Origin: Spirochaetaceae bacterium
GTDB lineage: Bacteria > Spirochaetota > Spirochaetia > DSM-2461
Assembly: GCA_051531975.1 (NCBI GenBank)
Contig: JAOPTT010000009.1
Location: 224,001-288,000, forward strand
DNA length: 64,000 nucleotides
Direction: 5' to 3'
Below, in pieces: positions 43,150-52,318 of the stretch. Every line of letters begins with the position of its first letter. Within the stretch, counting starts at the first letter, position 1. Below the pieces are notes generated by a model. That model was given only the letters and a program-made list of their open reading frames with translations, searched no databases and had not been told where the DNA came from. A program made the translations under genes and the position numbers.

Positions 43150-44322
43150 CTAAATGGAGAAATAATTTGTAAAAACCATATCAGCTGCACCTCTACCAGC
43201 GTCTATAGGATCGTAGATGACATGTCTTATCTGTACGGTTTTCGAATTGTGACGCTCAGAGTCCTCTTTTAGTAGTTCCTGAGCATACTCTGCTAGTTTT
43301 TCAACGAAAAGAGCAGATCTAGATATAAGTAAAAATGTATCAGGTGAGAATGAACGAACTAGTATTTTTAATCCTTTTGTTAGTTGTTCAGCTTTCTCTC
43401 TTATATATGCATCCATTTCTGGCTCTGTTTTGATTAAATTATCAATCTCTAAAAAGCTAGTCGCGTTATACTTTTCTTTTAGGTCTTTTAGTATTGCAGG
43501 TTCAGCTAAATAGGACTCTAAACATCCAAATTCCCCACACTCACATTCATGGCCATTTGTATTTATACATATATGACCAACTTCCATTGCTGTAAGGCCG
43601 TTAGAAGTTAAATTTTTCCCTTCGTTTATAAAAGCACCACCAACTCCACTTCTAATAAGTAGGGTTATTAAGGCGTTAGATTCAGATACGGCCCCATATT
43701 GGTATTCATTCATTGCAATTACAGAACAGTTATTATTTACATATATAGGCACATTAAAAAACTCTTTCATTCTGTCTTTTAAGTGGTAGTCACTTAATCC
43801 ACTAATTCTATTAAAGTAGAAGACTGTTCCAGATGAGATATCAACTCTACCGGGAGCTCCAATTCCTATTCCAAGTATTTTATCCGGGTTTATTCCAGAT
43901 TCAATAATAGCTTCGTTAATTAGTTTTGTTAACATTACAAGAACAGATTCTCCTGTAAGTTCTCCTTTTAACTCTATAAAGTTATTAAAAACTGTTTTTT
44001 TATCAAAATTCTCTATAACAACAGATGCAGAGGTAGAGCAAAAATCTACTCCTACAATAAAAGCAGCCTTAGAGTTTATCTGGTAAAATACTGGTCTTCT
44101 GCCTTTCTTTTCACTTTTAACAGTGCTCTTTTTATTTATCTTAATTAACTTTTCAGTCTCTAGATTAGTAAATATTCTTAAAATTGTAGGAGGTTTTAAC
44201 CCTGTTAGATTAACTGCCTGGGACTGGGAAAGCTCTTTATGTTTATGGATAAGGTTTAATATGAGTTTTTCGTTTCTTTTTCTTATATCGTTACCTCTAA
44301 GAGGGGATTTTGTCTCTGGCAT
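43150..44322 (-). CDS. ROK family transcriptional repressor
   Basis: N-terminal HTH and 'KKGRRP', 'GIGIGAPG', 'SGVGGA', Zn motif 'EVGHI...CECGEFGCLE'. Confidence 0.92.
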   Translation of the reverse strand: MPETKSPLRGNDIRKRNEKLILNLIHKHKELSQSQAVNLTGLKPPTILRIFTNLETEKLIKINKKSTVKSEKKGRRPVFYQINSKAAFIVGVDFCSTSASVVIENFDKKTVFNNFIELKGELTGESVLVMLTKLINEAIIESGINPDKILGIGIGAPGRVDISSGTVFYFNRISGLSDYHLKDRMKEFFNVPIYVNNNCSVIAMNEYQYGAVSESNALITLLIRSGVGGAFINEGKNLTSNGLTAMEVGHICINTNGHECECGEFGCLESYLAEPAILKDLKEKYNATSFLEIDNLIKTEPEMDAYIREKAEQLTKGLKILVRSFSPDTFLLISRSALFVEKLAEYAQELLKEDSERHNSKTVQIRHVIYDPIDAGRGAADMVFTNYFSI

Positions 44323-44398
44323 TATTTACTTCCTGTTAATTAGTTTACTTAGTTTAACAGTATTTATCGAGAATTTACAAGAAAATAAAGAAATTATC

Positions 44399-44460
44399 TT
44401 TACATAGTTTCAGTTCGGTGTTAATTTGAATCATCTTATTTATTTACTGTAAGTAACTAA
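44399..44460 (+). promoter_or_regulatory. Sigma70 promoter plus putative ROK operator, site 2
   Basis: TTTACA (44399-44404), 17 bp, TGnTAATTT (-10 at 44422-44427). Operator TTATTTACTgtaAGTAACTAA at 44440-44460. Confidence 0.72.
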
Positions 44461-44477
44461 ATGAATTAGGAGTGATT

Positions 44478-45296
44478 ATGTCAAATGAAGATTTGAAAGA
44501 ATTAGAAGTAATAGCAAAAGAAGTTAGAAAGAATACAATAGACTCTATTGGATATCTTGGTGTTGGGCATATAGGTGGTGCAATGTCTATAGTTGAGTTA
44601 TTAACAATATTGTATTACAGAAAGATGAAAATCGATCCTAAAAATCCAAAAATGGAAGATAGGGATAAATTAGTTTTATCAAAAGGACATGCTGGTCCTG
44701 CTTTATATAGTATTTTAGCTCAGAAGGAATATTTTCCTATAGAGTGGCTTAGAACTCTTAACCAGGGTGGTACAAAATTACCAAGTCACTGCGACATGAA
44801 CATGACCCCTGGTATCGATATGACAACAGGGTCTTTAGGCCAAGGATTATCTAGTGCTATTGGTCTGTGTTTAGCAATGAAGCTTGATAAAATTGATCGA
44901 AACGTTTTTACAATAATCGGTGATGGTGAATCCCAAGAGGGTCAAAACTGGGAAGCTGCAATGACAGCAGCCCACTATAAGTTAAACAAGTTAATTGCAT
45001 TTACTGATAATAACAAAATGCAGATAGATGGTTATACAAACGAAATTATGCCAATAGATGATTTAGAAAAAAAATGGTCAGCTTTTGGTTGGAATACTCA
45101 AAGAATAGATGGGCATGATTTTAAAGCTTTAGATAAGGCTATTGATAATGCAAGAGCCTGTACTGATAAACCTTCCATGATCATTATGGATACGATTAAA
45201 GGTAAAGGTTGTACATTTGCAGAGGGTGTAATTACAAATCATAACATGGCGTTTACTCACGACGCTGCATTAGAAGCTATTAAGGCTTTAGGTTAA
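44478..45296 (+). CDS. sqwG: Split transketolase N-terminal subunit (sulfofructose transketolase SqwG-like)
   Basis: 'GHIGGAMS', 'SKGHAGP', 'TTGSLGQG', ThDP motif 'GDGESQEG...DNN'. Symbol inferred from cluster context. Confidence 0.8.
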   Translation: MSNEDLKELEVIAKEVRKNTIDSIGYLGVGHIGGAMSIVELLTILYYRKMKIDPKNPKMEDRDKLVLSKGHAGPALYSILAQKEYFPIEWLRTLNQGGTKLPSHCDMNMTPGIDMTTGSLGQGLSSAIGLCLAMKLDKIDRNVFTIIGDGESQEGQNWEAAMTAAHYKLNKLIAFTDNNKMQIDGYTNEIMPIDDLEKKWSAFGWNTQRIDGHDFKALDKAIDNARACTDKPSMIIMDTIKGKGCTFAEGVITNHNMAFTHDAALEAIKALG

Positions 45297-45306
45297 GGGG
45301 GATAAA

Positions 45307-46251
45307 ATGTCAGATAAAGATATGAGAGAAGTATATACAAATACATTAATAAAAATGGCTGAAACTAACGATAAAATTTGTGTTATGGAAGCGGATTTAA
45401 TGAGAGCAACAGGTACTTTTCCTTTTAGAGATAAGTTCCCAGAAAGAACTTTTAATGTAGGTGTTGCAGAGGCAAACATGGTAGGTGTGGCATCTGGTCT
45501 ATCTGCTGGTGGAAAGATTCCATTTGCAGCAACATTTGGTTGTTTTGCAGCAAGAAGAACTTTTGATCAATTTTTCATCTCTGCAAACTATGCTAAACAA
45601 AACGTTAAACTAGTTGGAACTGATCCTGGTGTTTCTGCAGCATTTAATGGTGGAACACATATGCCTTTCGAAGACGTTGGTATGATGCGTTGTATACCTA
45701 ATCTAGTAATTTTTGAACCTTCAGATACTGTATCTTTAGCTAAACTATTAGTGCAATCAGCTGAACATAAAGGTTCAACTTACATGCGATTACAACGAAA
45801 GGGTAAAAACACAAGATATAACGATGATGATGAAATTATTTTAGGTAAAGGTAAGGTTATTCAGGAAGGAACAGATGTAACAATTATTGCAACTGGTTAT
45901 GTCCTTGTAGAAGAGGCTGTAAAAGCGACTGAAATCCTAACTAAAGAGGGTCTTTCTGTAAAACTAATTGATATGCATACAGTTAAACCATTAGATAGAG
46001 ATCTAATTTTAGAGTGTGCAAAAAGTACTAAAGCAATAGTAGTATGCGAAAATCATCAAAAAGCTGGTGGTCTTTATTCAGCTATAGCTGAACTTTTAGC
46101 AGCAGAATACCCAACTTTAATGCAAGCAGTTGCAGTAGAAGATAAATTTGGTCAGGTTGGAACATTAGATTTCTTAAAACAAGCTTATGGTTTTACAGCA
46201 GATAACATTGTAAATAAAACAAAACAATTATTAGGGAGAAAAAATGGATAA
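45307..46251 (+). CDS. sqwH: Split transketolase C-terminal subunit (SqwH-like)
   Basis: 'NVGVAEANM', 'GGTHMPFED', 'TVKPLD', 'CENH'. Symbol inferred from context. Confidence 0.8.
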   Translation: MSDKDMREVYTNTLIKMAETNDKICVMEADLMRATGTFPFRDKFPERTFNVGVAEANMVGVASGLSAGGKIPFAATFGCFAARRTFDQFFISANYAKQNVKLVGTDPGVSAAFNGGTHMPFEDVGMMRCIPNLVIFEPSDTVSLAKLLVQSAEHKGSTYMRLQRKGKNTRYNDDDEIILGKGKVIQEGTDVTIIATGYVLVEEAVKATEILTKEGLSVKLIDMHTVKPLDRDLILECAKSTKAIVVCENHQKAGGLYSAIAELLAAEYPTLMQAVAVEDKFGQVGTLDFLKQAYGFTADNIVNKTKQLLGRKNG

Positions 46252-46732
46252 AATTAAACTAGCAATAGCGTCGGACTTGTCAGGGTTTCCACTAAAACAA
46301 GCAATTGTTGCCCACTTAGAAGAGAACTATAAAGACAAAATCGAAGTAGTTGATTTTGGTATAGAGAGTGAAGATAAACCTCAACCATATTTTGTTCAGG
46401 CTCCTAAAGTTGCAAAAGTAGTACAGAGTGGGGAAGTAGATAAAGGTATTTTAATCTGTGGAACTGGTCAGGGTATGGCTATTGTTGCAAATAAATATAG
46501 AGGTGTTTATGCATCTGTTGTAGATAGTGTTTTCTCTGGAGAGAGATCTAAAATTATTAACAATGCAAATGTTATTACTATGGGTGGTTGGATAACAGCA
46601 CCATTTTTAGGATTACAAATTGTTGATGGTTGGTTATCTATGGCATTTACTCAAAAAATGGAGTTCAAAAAAGACTTCTTAACAAATGCTTTTAACGAAG
46701 TTCAAAAGATTGAGGAAGAAATTTATGGCTGA
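46244..46732 (+). CDS. sqwI: RpiB/LacAB family isomerase (4-deoxy-4-sulfoerythrose isomerase SqwI-like)
   Basis: 'GILICGTGQGMAIVANK', 'NNANVITMG'. Lacks the canonical DH and RHxxR residues. Symbol inferred from context. Confidence 0.72.
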   Translation: MDKIKLAIASDLSGFPLKQAIVAHLEENYKDKIEVVDFGIESEDKPQPYFVQAPKVAKVVQSGEVDKGILICGTGQGMAIVANKYRGVYASVVDSVFSGERSKIINNANVITMGGWITAPFLGLQIVDGWLSMAFTQKMEFKKDFLTNAFNEVQKIEEEIYG

Positions 46733-48140
46733 TACAAAATTAATAATTGCAAATCTTGTCGACAGAGCAAGAAAAGCACAATCTTTGGTTAATTCTTATT
46801 CTCAGACACAACTTGATGATATTTGCCTTTCCATTGCCTGGGAAATGTACAATGATGAAAATATTAAAATCTTAGCTGAAATGGCTGTCGAAGAGACAGG
46901 TATGGGAAATGTTTCTGATAAAATCAAAAAACATAAAGGAAAAGTCCTTGGTATTATTACCGATGTGAAAGGTGTAAAATCTACTGGACTTATTGACCAT
47001 GATACAAAAACTAAAATTAAAAAATATGCTAAACCTGTCGGTGTTGTAGGAGCTTTGACTCCTGTAACTAATCCCACAGCAACACCAGCAAGCAATGCTG
47101 TTTCTATCTTAAAAGGTGGGAACGCTGTTATATTCGCTCCTCACCCTAAATCAAAAAATTGTTCAAAAAAAGCAATAGATTTTATGAGACAGGGACTAAA
47201 AAAAGTGGGAGCTCCAGTCGATTTGATTCAGATTGTAGAAGAACCTTCTATTGAAGGTACAGGTGAACTAATGGCCCAGGTTGATCTTGTCCTAGCTACT
47301 GGTGGTGGAGCCATGGTAAAAGCTGCTTATTCTAGTGGAACTCCAGCTTATGGTGTAGGACCTGGAAACTCAGTTCAGATAATATCTGAAGATGCTGATA
47401 TTAAAGATGCAGTGGCAAAAGTTGTTTTGAGTAAATGTTTTGATCATGCTACATCCTGTTCATCGGAGAACTCGATAATTGTAGAGGACTCTGTATATGA
47501 CGAAGTTGTGACTAACCTAAAAGCTAGCGGATCATATCTCTGTAATAACAGTGAAAGAGAGACTCTAGGTAACTGGATGTGGATAAAAAACTCTAAAGGT
47601 TTCAGATCAATAAACCCATCCATAGTCGCTAAATCCGCTAAAGTTATAGCCGAGGGTGCAGGGCTTAAAGTACCTGAAACAACAGAAATTTTACTTGTTG
47701 AAGGGTCTATGCCCCTGGAAGATGATTTTTTCAGTCAAGAGAAATTATCACCTGTTTTAACAATCTGGAAATATTCAGGTTTTGATAATGCAATGGAGAT
47801 TCTTACAAGACTTACAGATAATTGTGGTACAGGTCATTCTTGCGGTATTCATACATTTACTGATTCATATGTAGAGAGAATGTCTCTAGAGATGAAAACC
47901 AGTCGTATTATGGTAAACCAGCCCCAGGCTCCAGCCAACGGTGGAAACTTTTTTAACGGTATGGCCTCGACAACAACATTGGGTTGCGGTACATGGGGTG
48001 GAAATATCACCACAGAAAATATTACTTACAAGCATTTTTTGAACATTACATATGTTTCACAGTGGTTTCCTCCGGTAAAACCGGAAGATGTTGATATCTG
48101 GGGTGAATTTCACAAAAAATACAGAACTGATAGGAAATAA
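46725..48140 (+). CDS. sqwD: CoA-acylating aldehyde dehydrogenase (sulfoacetaldehyde dehydrogenase SqwD/SauS-like)
   Basis: 'PVTNPTAT', 'APHP', 'ATGGGAMVKAAYSSGTPAYGVGPGN', 'FDHATSCSSENS', 'EKLSPVL', 'LGCGTWGGN'. Symbol inferred from context. Confidence 0.78.
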   Translation: MADTKLIIANLVDRARKAQSLVNSYSQTQLDDICLSIAWEMYNDENIKILAEMAVEETGMGNVSDKIKKHKGKVLGIITDVKGVKSTGLIDHDTKTKIKKYAKPVGVVGALTPVTNPTATPASNAVSILKGGNAVIFAPHPKSKNCSKKAIDFMRQGLKKVGAPVDLIQIVEEPSIEGTGELMAQVDLVLATGGGAMVKAAYSSGTPAYGVGPGNSVQIISEDADIKDAVAKVVLSKCFDHATSCSSENSIIVEDSVYDEVVTNLKASGSYLCNNSERETLGNWMWIKNSKGFRSINPSIVAKSAKVIAEGAGLKVPETTEILLVEGSMPLEDDFFSQEKLSPVLTIWKYSGFDNAMEILTRLTDNCGTGHSCGIHTFTDSYVERMSLEMKTSRIMVNQPQAPANGGNFFNGMASTTTLGCGTWGGNITTENITYKHFLNITYVSQWFPPVKPEDVDIWGEFHKKYRTDRK

Positions 48141-48142
48141 AT

Positions 48143-49264
48143 ATGAAACTATTTGAATACCAGGCTAAAGAGACTTTTAAACGTTATGGAATAACAATTC
48201 CGAATAGTGTAGTTATTACTTCTATCGATGAACTGAAAGATGCAACAGATAAAATAGGATTTCCTCTTGTTTTGAAATCACAAATTTTAATGGGCGGTCG
48301 TGGTAAAGCTGGACTTATCCCTTTTGTCAGGGATGAAAAAGAAGTCAAAGAAAAATGCGAAATGCTATTTGCATCGGAATACAATGTAAATACAATCCTT
48401 GTGGAAGAAGCTGTTGATATCAAAAAAGAAATTTATCTCTCAATTACTGTTGATCCAGTAACTGCTTCTCATATGGTTATAGCCTGTGCTGACGGTGGTG
48501 TGGAGATTGAAATTCTTGCAGTGGACTCACCTGAAAAAATCTTAAGAGAATTTGTCGATCCAAATCTTGGACTTATGCCGTTCCAGATTAAAGATATTGC
48601 ATTTCGTTTAGGATTTGAGGGTGATGTGATGAAAAAATTCTCATCAGTTCTAACCAAACTATATGAAGCTTTTTTAAAAAATGATGCAGAACTCATAGAA
48701 ATAAATCCACTATTTATTACAGGCAATGATGATGTTATAGCCGGGGATGGGAAATTATCAATCGATGATAACTCTACTTTCCGACAGGACACATATAAGA
48801 AAACACGGGATTATTACGATTCTGATGCTGAATATGAATCGGCTCTAGAGGGGATTCCTTATTTGCAATTTGATGGAGATATCAGCCTTATGTGTGCCGG
48901 GGCTGGACTTACGACGACAGTTTACGATCTTATCAATTATGAAGGTGGAACTGTTGCAAATTACCTTGAATTTGGTGGCCCCAACTACAAAAAGGCGTTA
49001 AAAGCCATGGAGTTGTGCCTGAAAAATGATTCCAAAGTTATTTTGATGGTTACTTTTGGTACAATTGCCAGAGCCGATGTTATGGCTGAAGGTATTGTAG
49101 ATGCTATTAAAAGACTTAAACCCGATCGTCCTATTGTCACCTGTATTAGAGGTACAAATGAAGAGGAAGCAAGCAGAATATTAAAAGCTGCCGGATTGGA
49201 ACCTCTTTACGATACAGAGGAAGCTGTCAGAAAAGCAATTTCAATTGCAGCGGGGGTTAAATAA
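48143..49264 (+). CDS. sqwK: Succinyl-CoA-synthetase-like beta subunit (ADP-forming sulfoacetate-CoA ligase)
   Basis: 'MKLFEYQAK', 'GGRGKAG', 'EINPL'. Substrate loops differ from SucC ('MCAGAGL', 'TFGTIARAD'). Symbol inferred from context. Confidence 0.72.
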   Translation: MKLFEYQAKETFKRYGITIPNSVVITSIDELKDATDKIGFPLVLKSQILMGGRGKAGLIPFVRDEKEVKEKCEMLFASEYNVNTILVEEAVDIKKEIYLSITVDPVTASHMVIACADGGVEIEILAVDSPEKILREFVDPNLGLMPFQIKDIAFRLGFEGDVMKKFSSVLTKLYEAFLKNDAELIEINPLFITGNDDVIAGDGKLSIDDNSTFRQDTYKKTRDYYDSDAEYESALEGIPYLQFDGDISLMCAGAGLTTTVYDLINYEGGTVANYLEFGGPNYKKALKAMELCLKNDSKVILMVTFGTIARADVMAEGIVDAIKRLKPDRPIVTCIRGTNEEEASRILKAAGLEPLYDTEEAVRKAISIAAGVK

Positions 49265-50148
49265 TGAGCATATTTATTGATGAAAATACACAAGTTCTGA
49301 TTCAGGGAATCACCGGTAAAGAGGGAAGATTCTGGACAGAGCATATGATAGGTTGTGGAACTAACGTAGTTGCTGGAGTTACCCCTGGAAAAGAGGGACA
49401 GCAGGTTGAAGGGAAAGATGTATATCATTCTGTTAGAAGAGCTGCCCAAGAAGTCGATGTAGAGGCTACCATGTTATTTGTACCTCCAAGATTTACTAAA
49501 GATGCAGTTTTTGAAGCTCTGGATTCAGGGATTAAAAAAATTGTTACTGTTGCAGACGGAATCCCTCTACACGATGCTATTCAGATTAGAAAAGCTGCTT
49601 TATCAGAAGGAGCCTTGGTAATCGGTGGTAATACATCAGGTGTTATATCTCCTGGAAAAGCAATGATGGGGTTTTTCCCATACTGGATCAAAAGAGTATA
49701 TAAACCCGGACGAATAGGAGTTATGACTAGAAGTGGATCTTTAACAAACGAAGTTACAGCTATGATTGTTAAGGCCGGATTTGGTGTTTCATCTTTAATC
49801 GGAATAGGTGGAGACCCTGTACCAGGAACTAGATTTGCAGAGATGCTCCCCTATTATGAAGCTGACAGTGAAACTGATGCCGTAGTAATTATCGGAGAAC
49901 TTGGTGGATCCATGGAAGAGGAATGTGCCCAGATGAAAAGAGATGGTTTATATACAAAACCTCTTGTTGCTTTTCTTGGTGGACGGACTGCTCCTGAAGG
50001 AAAAACAATGGGCCATGCTGGTGCTATTGTTTCCGGAGGAAAAGGTTCAGTTAAAGATAAAATTGAAGCGTTAGAAAGTGTCGGTGGTAAAGTTGCTGAA
50101 AGACCTCGTTTTGTTGGAGATCTATTAAAAGAGGTACTAAAAAAATGA
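49264..50148 (+). CDS. sqwL: Succinyl-CoA-synthetase-like alpha subunit (ADP-forming sulfoacetate-CoA ligase)
   Basis: 'QGITGKEG', 'GVTPGKEG', 'RSGSLTNE', 'GIGGDP', phospho-His 'MGHAGA'. Symbol inferred from context. Confidence 0.72.
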   Translation: MSIFIDENTQVLIQGITGKEGRFWTEHMIGCGTNVVAGVTPGKEGQQVEGKDVYHSVRRAAQEVDVEATMLFVPPRFTKDAVFEALDSGIKKIVTVADGIPLHDAIQIRKAALSEGALVIGGNTSGVISPGKAMMGFFPYWIKRVYKPGRIGVMTRSGSLTNEVTAMIVKAGFGVSSLIGIGGDPVPGTRFAEMLPYYEADSETDAVVIIGELGGSMEEECAQMKRDGLYTKPLVAFLGGRTAPEGKTMGHAGAIVSGGKGSVKDKIEALESVGGKVAERPRFVGDLLKEVLKK

Positions 50149-51593
50149 GTATAGTTAACAGAAAAAAATTACTTTATCTCGGACTGGCTTTTATTGTTAT
50201 GCTAATAGTGATGGTATTTCCTTTTTCGGAATCTGTAAGAGGTGCTGGTAAAGGTTTTTTGACCCATGAAGGGCAAATAGCAATGGCAATACTTCTTTTC
50301 AGCCTTGTTTTATGGATGACAGAAGCTCTGCCTTTTCATATAACTGGAATGTTAAGTGTTGTTCTCCTTGCTATTTTTAATGTTGATACTTTTAAAAATA
50401 TTATAAATGTTGGTTTTGGAAATCATATTATTGCGTTTTTTATCGGTGTATTGGTACTTTCTGCATTTATTACAAAATCGGGTCTTGGAAAAAGAATCAG
50501 TGTATTTTTATTATCCAAAACAGGAAATAGTACAAGTCTGATAATTTTGGGGTTTATGGTAGTTGGTGCGACCTTATCAATGTGGATTACAAATATGGCT
50601 GTTGCAGCTATGTTACTTCCTCTTGGTGTTTCTATTCTTGATGAAGAGGGTTGTCTCAGACTAAAAAGTAATTTTGGAAAAGCTCTTATGATCGCCTGTG
50701 TTTGGGGCCCACTAATCGGTGGAATCGGAACACCTGCAGGAGCAGGTCCAAATCCTATTGCTATCGGTTTTCTAAAAGAGATGGCAGGTGTTGATCTTAG
50801 TTTTACTCAGTGGATGAAATATGGAATCCCTGCAGTTATTCTGCTTCTTCCTATTGGATGGGCTCTGCTTATATTAATGTTTAAACCTGAAATGAAACAT
50901 CTTAAAAAAACAAAAGAGGACCTCCGGCACGAATATGATAATTATCCTCCTATGGGCCGTGAGGAAAAACTTACTCTTGTTATTTTCCTTCTAACAGTTG
51001 TTCTATGGTTGACTTCAGGAATGATTGGAAAAGCTATTGGAATATCTATTCCAGTTTCAATGCCGGTACTGTTTACTGCTACACTTTTCTTTTTACCTGG
51101 AGTAACAGGATTAAAATGGAAAGAGATTGAGGAAGATATTTCCTGGAGTGGAATAATATTGGTTGTTACTGGAATTTCTATTGGGATGATGCTCTATCAG
51201 ACAGGAGCTGCTGGATGGCTCTCTTTTGTTCTACTCGGAGGAATAGGTGATTTCTCTCCTTTAATGAGAGTCGGGGCTATTGTCTTTATCGTTATGATTT
51301 TAAAAATTGCTCTCTCGAGTAATTCGGTTACAGCAACAATTGTTATTCCTATAATGATTGCACTGGCTGATAATCTTGGACTAGATGCACTGTCAATTGC
51401 ACTGCCGGCAGCCATAACAGCCTCTCTTGCATTTATACTAGTTACATCGAGTCCAACCAATGTTATACCCTATTCAGCAGGATTCTTTTCAATTAGGGAC
51501 TTTGCAAAATCAGGAATTATCATGACACTTTTTACAACTGTAATAGTCTCTTTGGTTATATATTTCGTTGGAAGAGCATCCGGTTTATATTAA
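50145..51593 (+). CDS. DASS/SLC13 family anion transporter (putative sulfoacetate exporter)
   Basis: 'WMTEALP', 'SMWITN', 'GGIGTPAGAGPN', 'LSSNSVTA', 'SSPTN'. Confidence 0.82.
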   Translation: MSIVNRKKLLYLGLAFIVMLIVMVFPFSESVRGAGKGFLTHEGQIAMAILLFSLVLWMTEALPFHITGMLSVVLLAIFNVDTFKNIINVGFGNHIIAFFIGVLVLSAFITKSGLGKRISVFLLSKTGNSTSLIILGFMVVGATLSMWITNMAVAAMLLPLGVSILDEEGCLRLKSNFGKALMIACVWGPLIGGIGTPAGAGPNPIAIGFLKEMAGVDLSFTQWMKYGIPAVILLLPIGWALLILMFKPEMKHLKKTKEDLRHEYDNYPPMGREEKLTLVIFLLTVVLWLTSGMIGKAIGISIPVSMPVLFTATLFFLPGVTGLKWKEIEEDISWSGIILVVTGISIGMMLYQTGAAGWLSFVLLGGIGDFSPLMRVGAIVFIVMILKIALSSNSVTATIVIPIMIALADNLGLDALSIALPAAITASLAFILVTSSPTNVIPYSAGFFSIRDFAKSGIIMTLFTTVIVSLVIYFVGRASGLY

Positions 51594-51615
51594 TCGGAAA
51601 TAATATATTATTATG

Positions 51616-51658
51616 AAAACCGATTTTGCTTAATAGATATAAGTAAAATCGGTTTTTT
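51616..51658. terminator. Bidirectional intrinsic terminator
   Basis: AAAACCGATTTTGCTTA / TAAGTAAAATCGGTTTT stem with T-run, between convergent genes. Confidence 0.8.
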
Positions 51659-52170
51659 TATCTGATGGAATCTGCTGTTTCCTTTGCAAGTGTAACATAT
51701 TTCTCCGCACTTAGTTTTATCTGTTCATACTGCTCATCTGTAACAGTTTTAATAGCTCTACCTGGATTCCCGATAATTAATGATCGCGCAGGATAAACCT
51801 TTCCCTTTGTTACCAATGTTCCAGCACCGACAATAGAACCTTCTCCTATTTCAGCATTATCCAGGACAATAGAACCCATACCTATTAGACATCTATTTCC
51901 TATTGTACATGCATGAATAACAGCATTGTGACCAACGGTTACATCATCTCCAATTATAGTTGGGGAATCTTTACTTACATGAACAGTTGCATTGTCCTGT
52001 ATATTCGTTCTTTTCCCTATACTTATAGATGCAACATCCCCCCGGACAGTAACTCCGAACCATATTGAAACATTTTCTGCCAATAATACATCTCCAATTA
52101 TGAAACAGCCTGGTGCTTCAAGGGCAATATTATTTAAACAGGGTTTTTTCTCTTTGTATTTTAACTGCAT
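51658..52170 (-). CDS. Gamma carbonic anhydrase family protein (YrdA/CaiE/PaaY-like)
   Basis: 'IIGDV', 'VRGD', 'NIQDNATVH', 'VGHNAVIHAC', hexapeptide repeats. ATG 52170 follows GGAG. Confidence 0.88.
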   Translation of the reverse strand: MQLKYKEKKPCLNNIALEAPGCFIIGDVLLAENVSIWFGVTVRGDVASISIGKRTNIQDNATVHVSKDSPTIIGDDVTVGHNAVIHACTIGNRCLIGMGSIVLDNAEIGEGSIVGAGTLVTKGKVYPARSLIIGNPGRAIKTVTDEQYEQIKLSAEKYVTLAKETADSIR

Positions 52171-52236
52171 AATCGCTCCAATTATTTTAAGTTTAACAGA
52201 TCTATGCTTTTTATAGCAACAAACCATTTTTATATC

Positions 52237-52298
52237 TTTACATAAATTTCATTCAATGTTAACTTAAATTAGAATACTTATTTACCTTAAGTAACTAA
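52237..52298 (+). promoter_or_regulatory. Sigma70 promoter plus putative ROK operator, site 3
   Basis: TTTACA (52237-52242), 17 bp, TGnTAACTT. Operator TTATTTACCttaAGTAACTAA at 52278-52298, same spacing as the 44399-44460 block. Confidence 0.72.
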
Positions 52299-52318
52299 AG
52301 GCAGGAGGGGAGAGTAAC

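Noticed and set aside
44478..50148. Housekeeping pentose-phosphate and TCA genes (tkt, rpiB, sucCD)
   Set aside because: Altered substrate-binding residues, operon with a CoA-acylating ALDH, and a shared operator with the SQase operon favour sulfoglycolysis.
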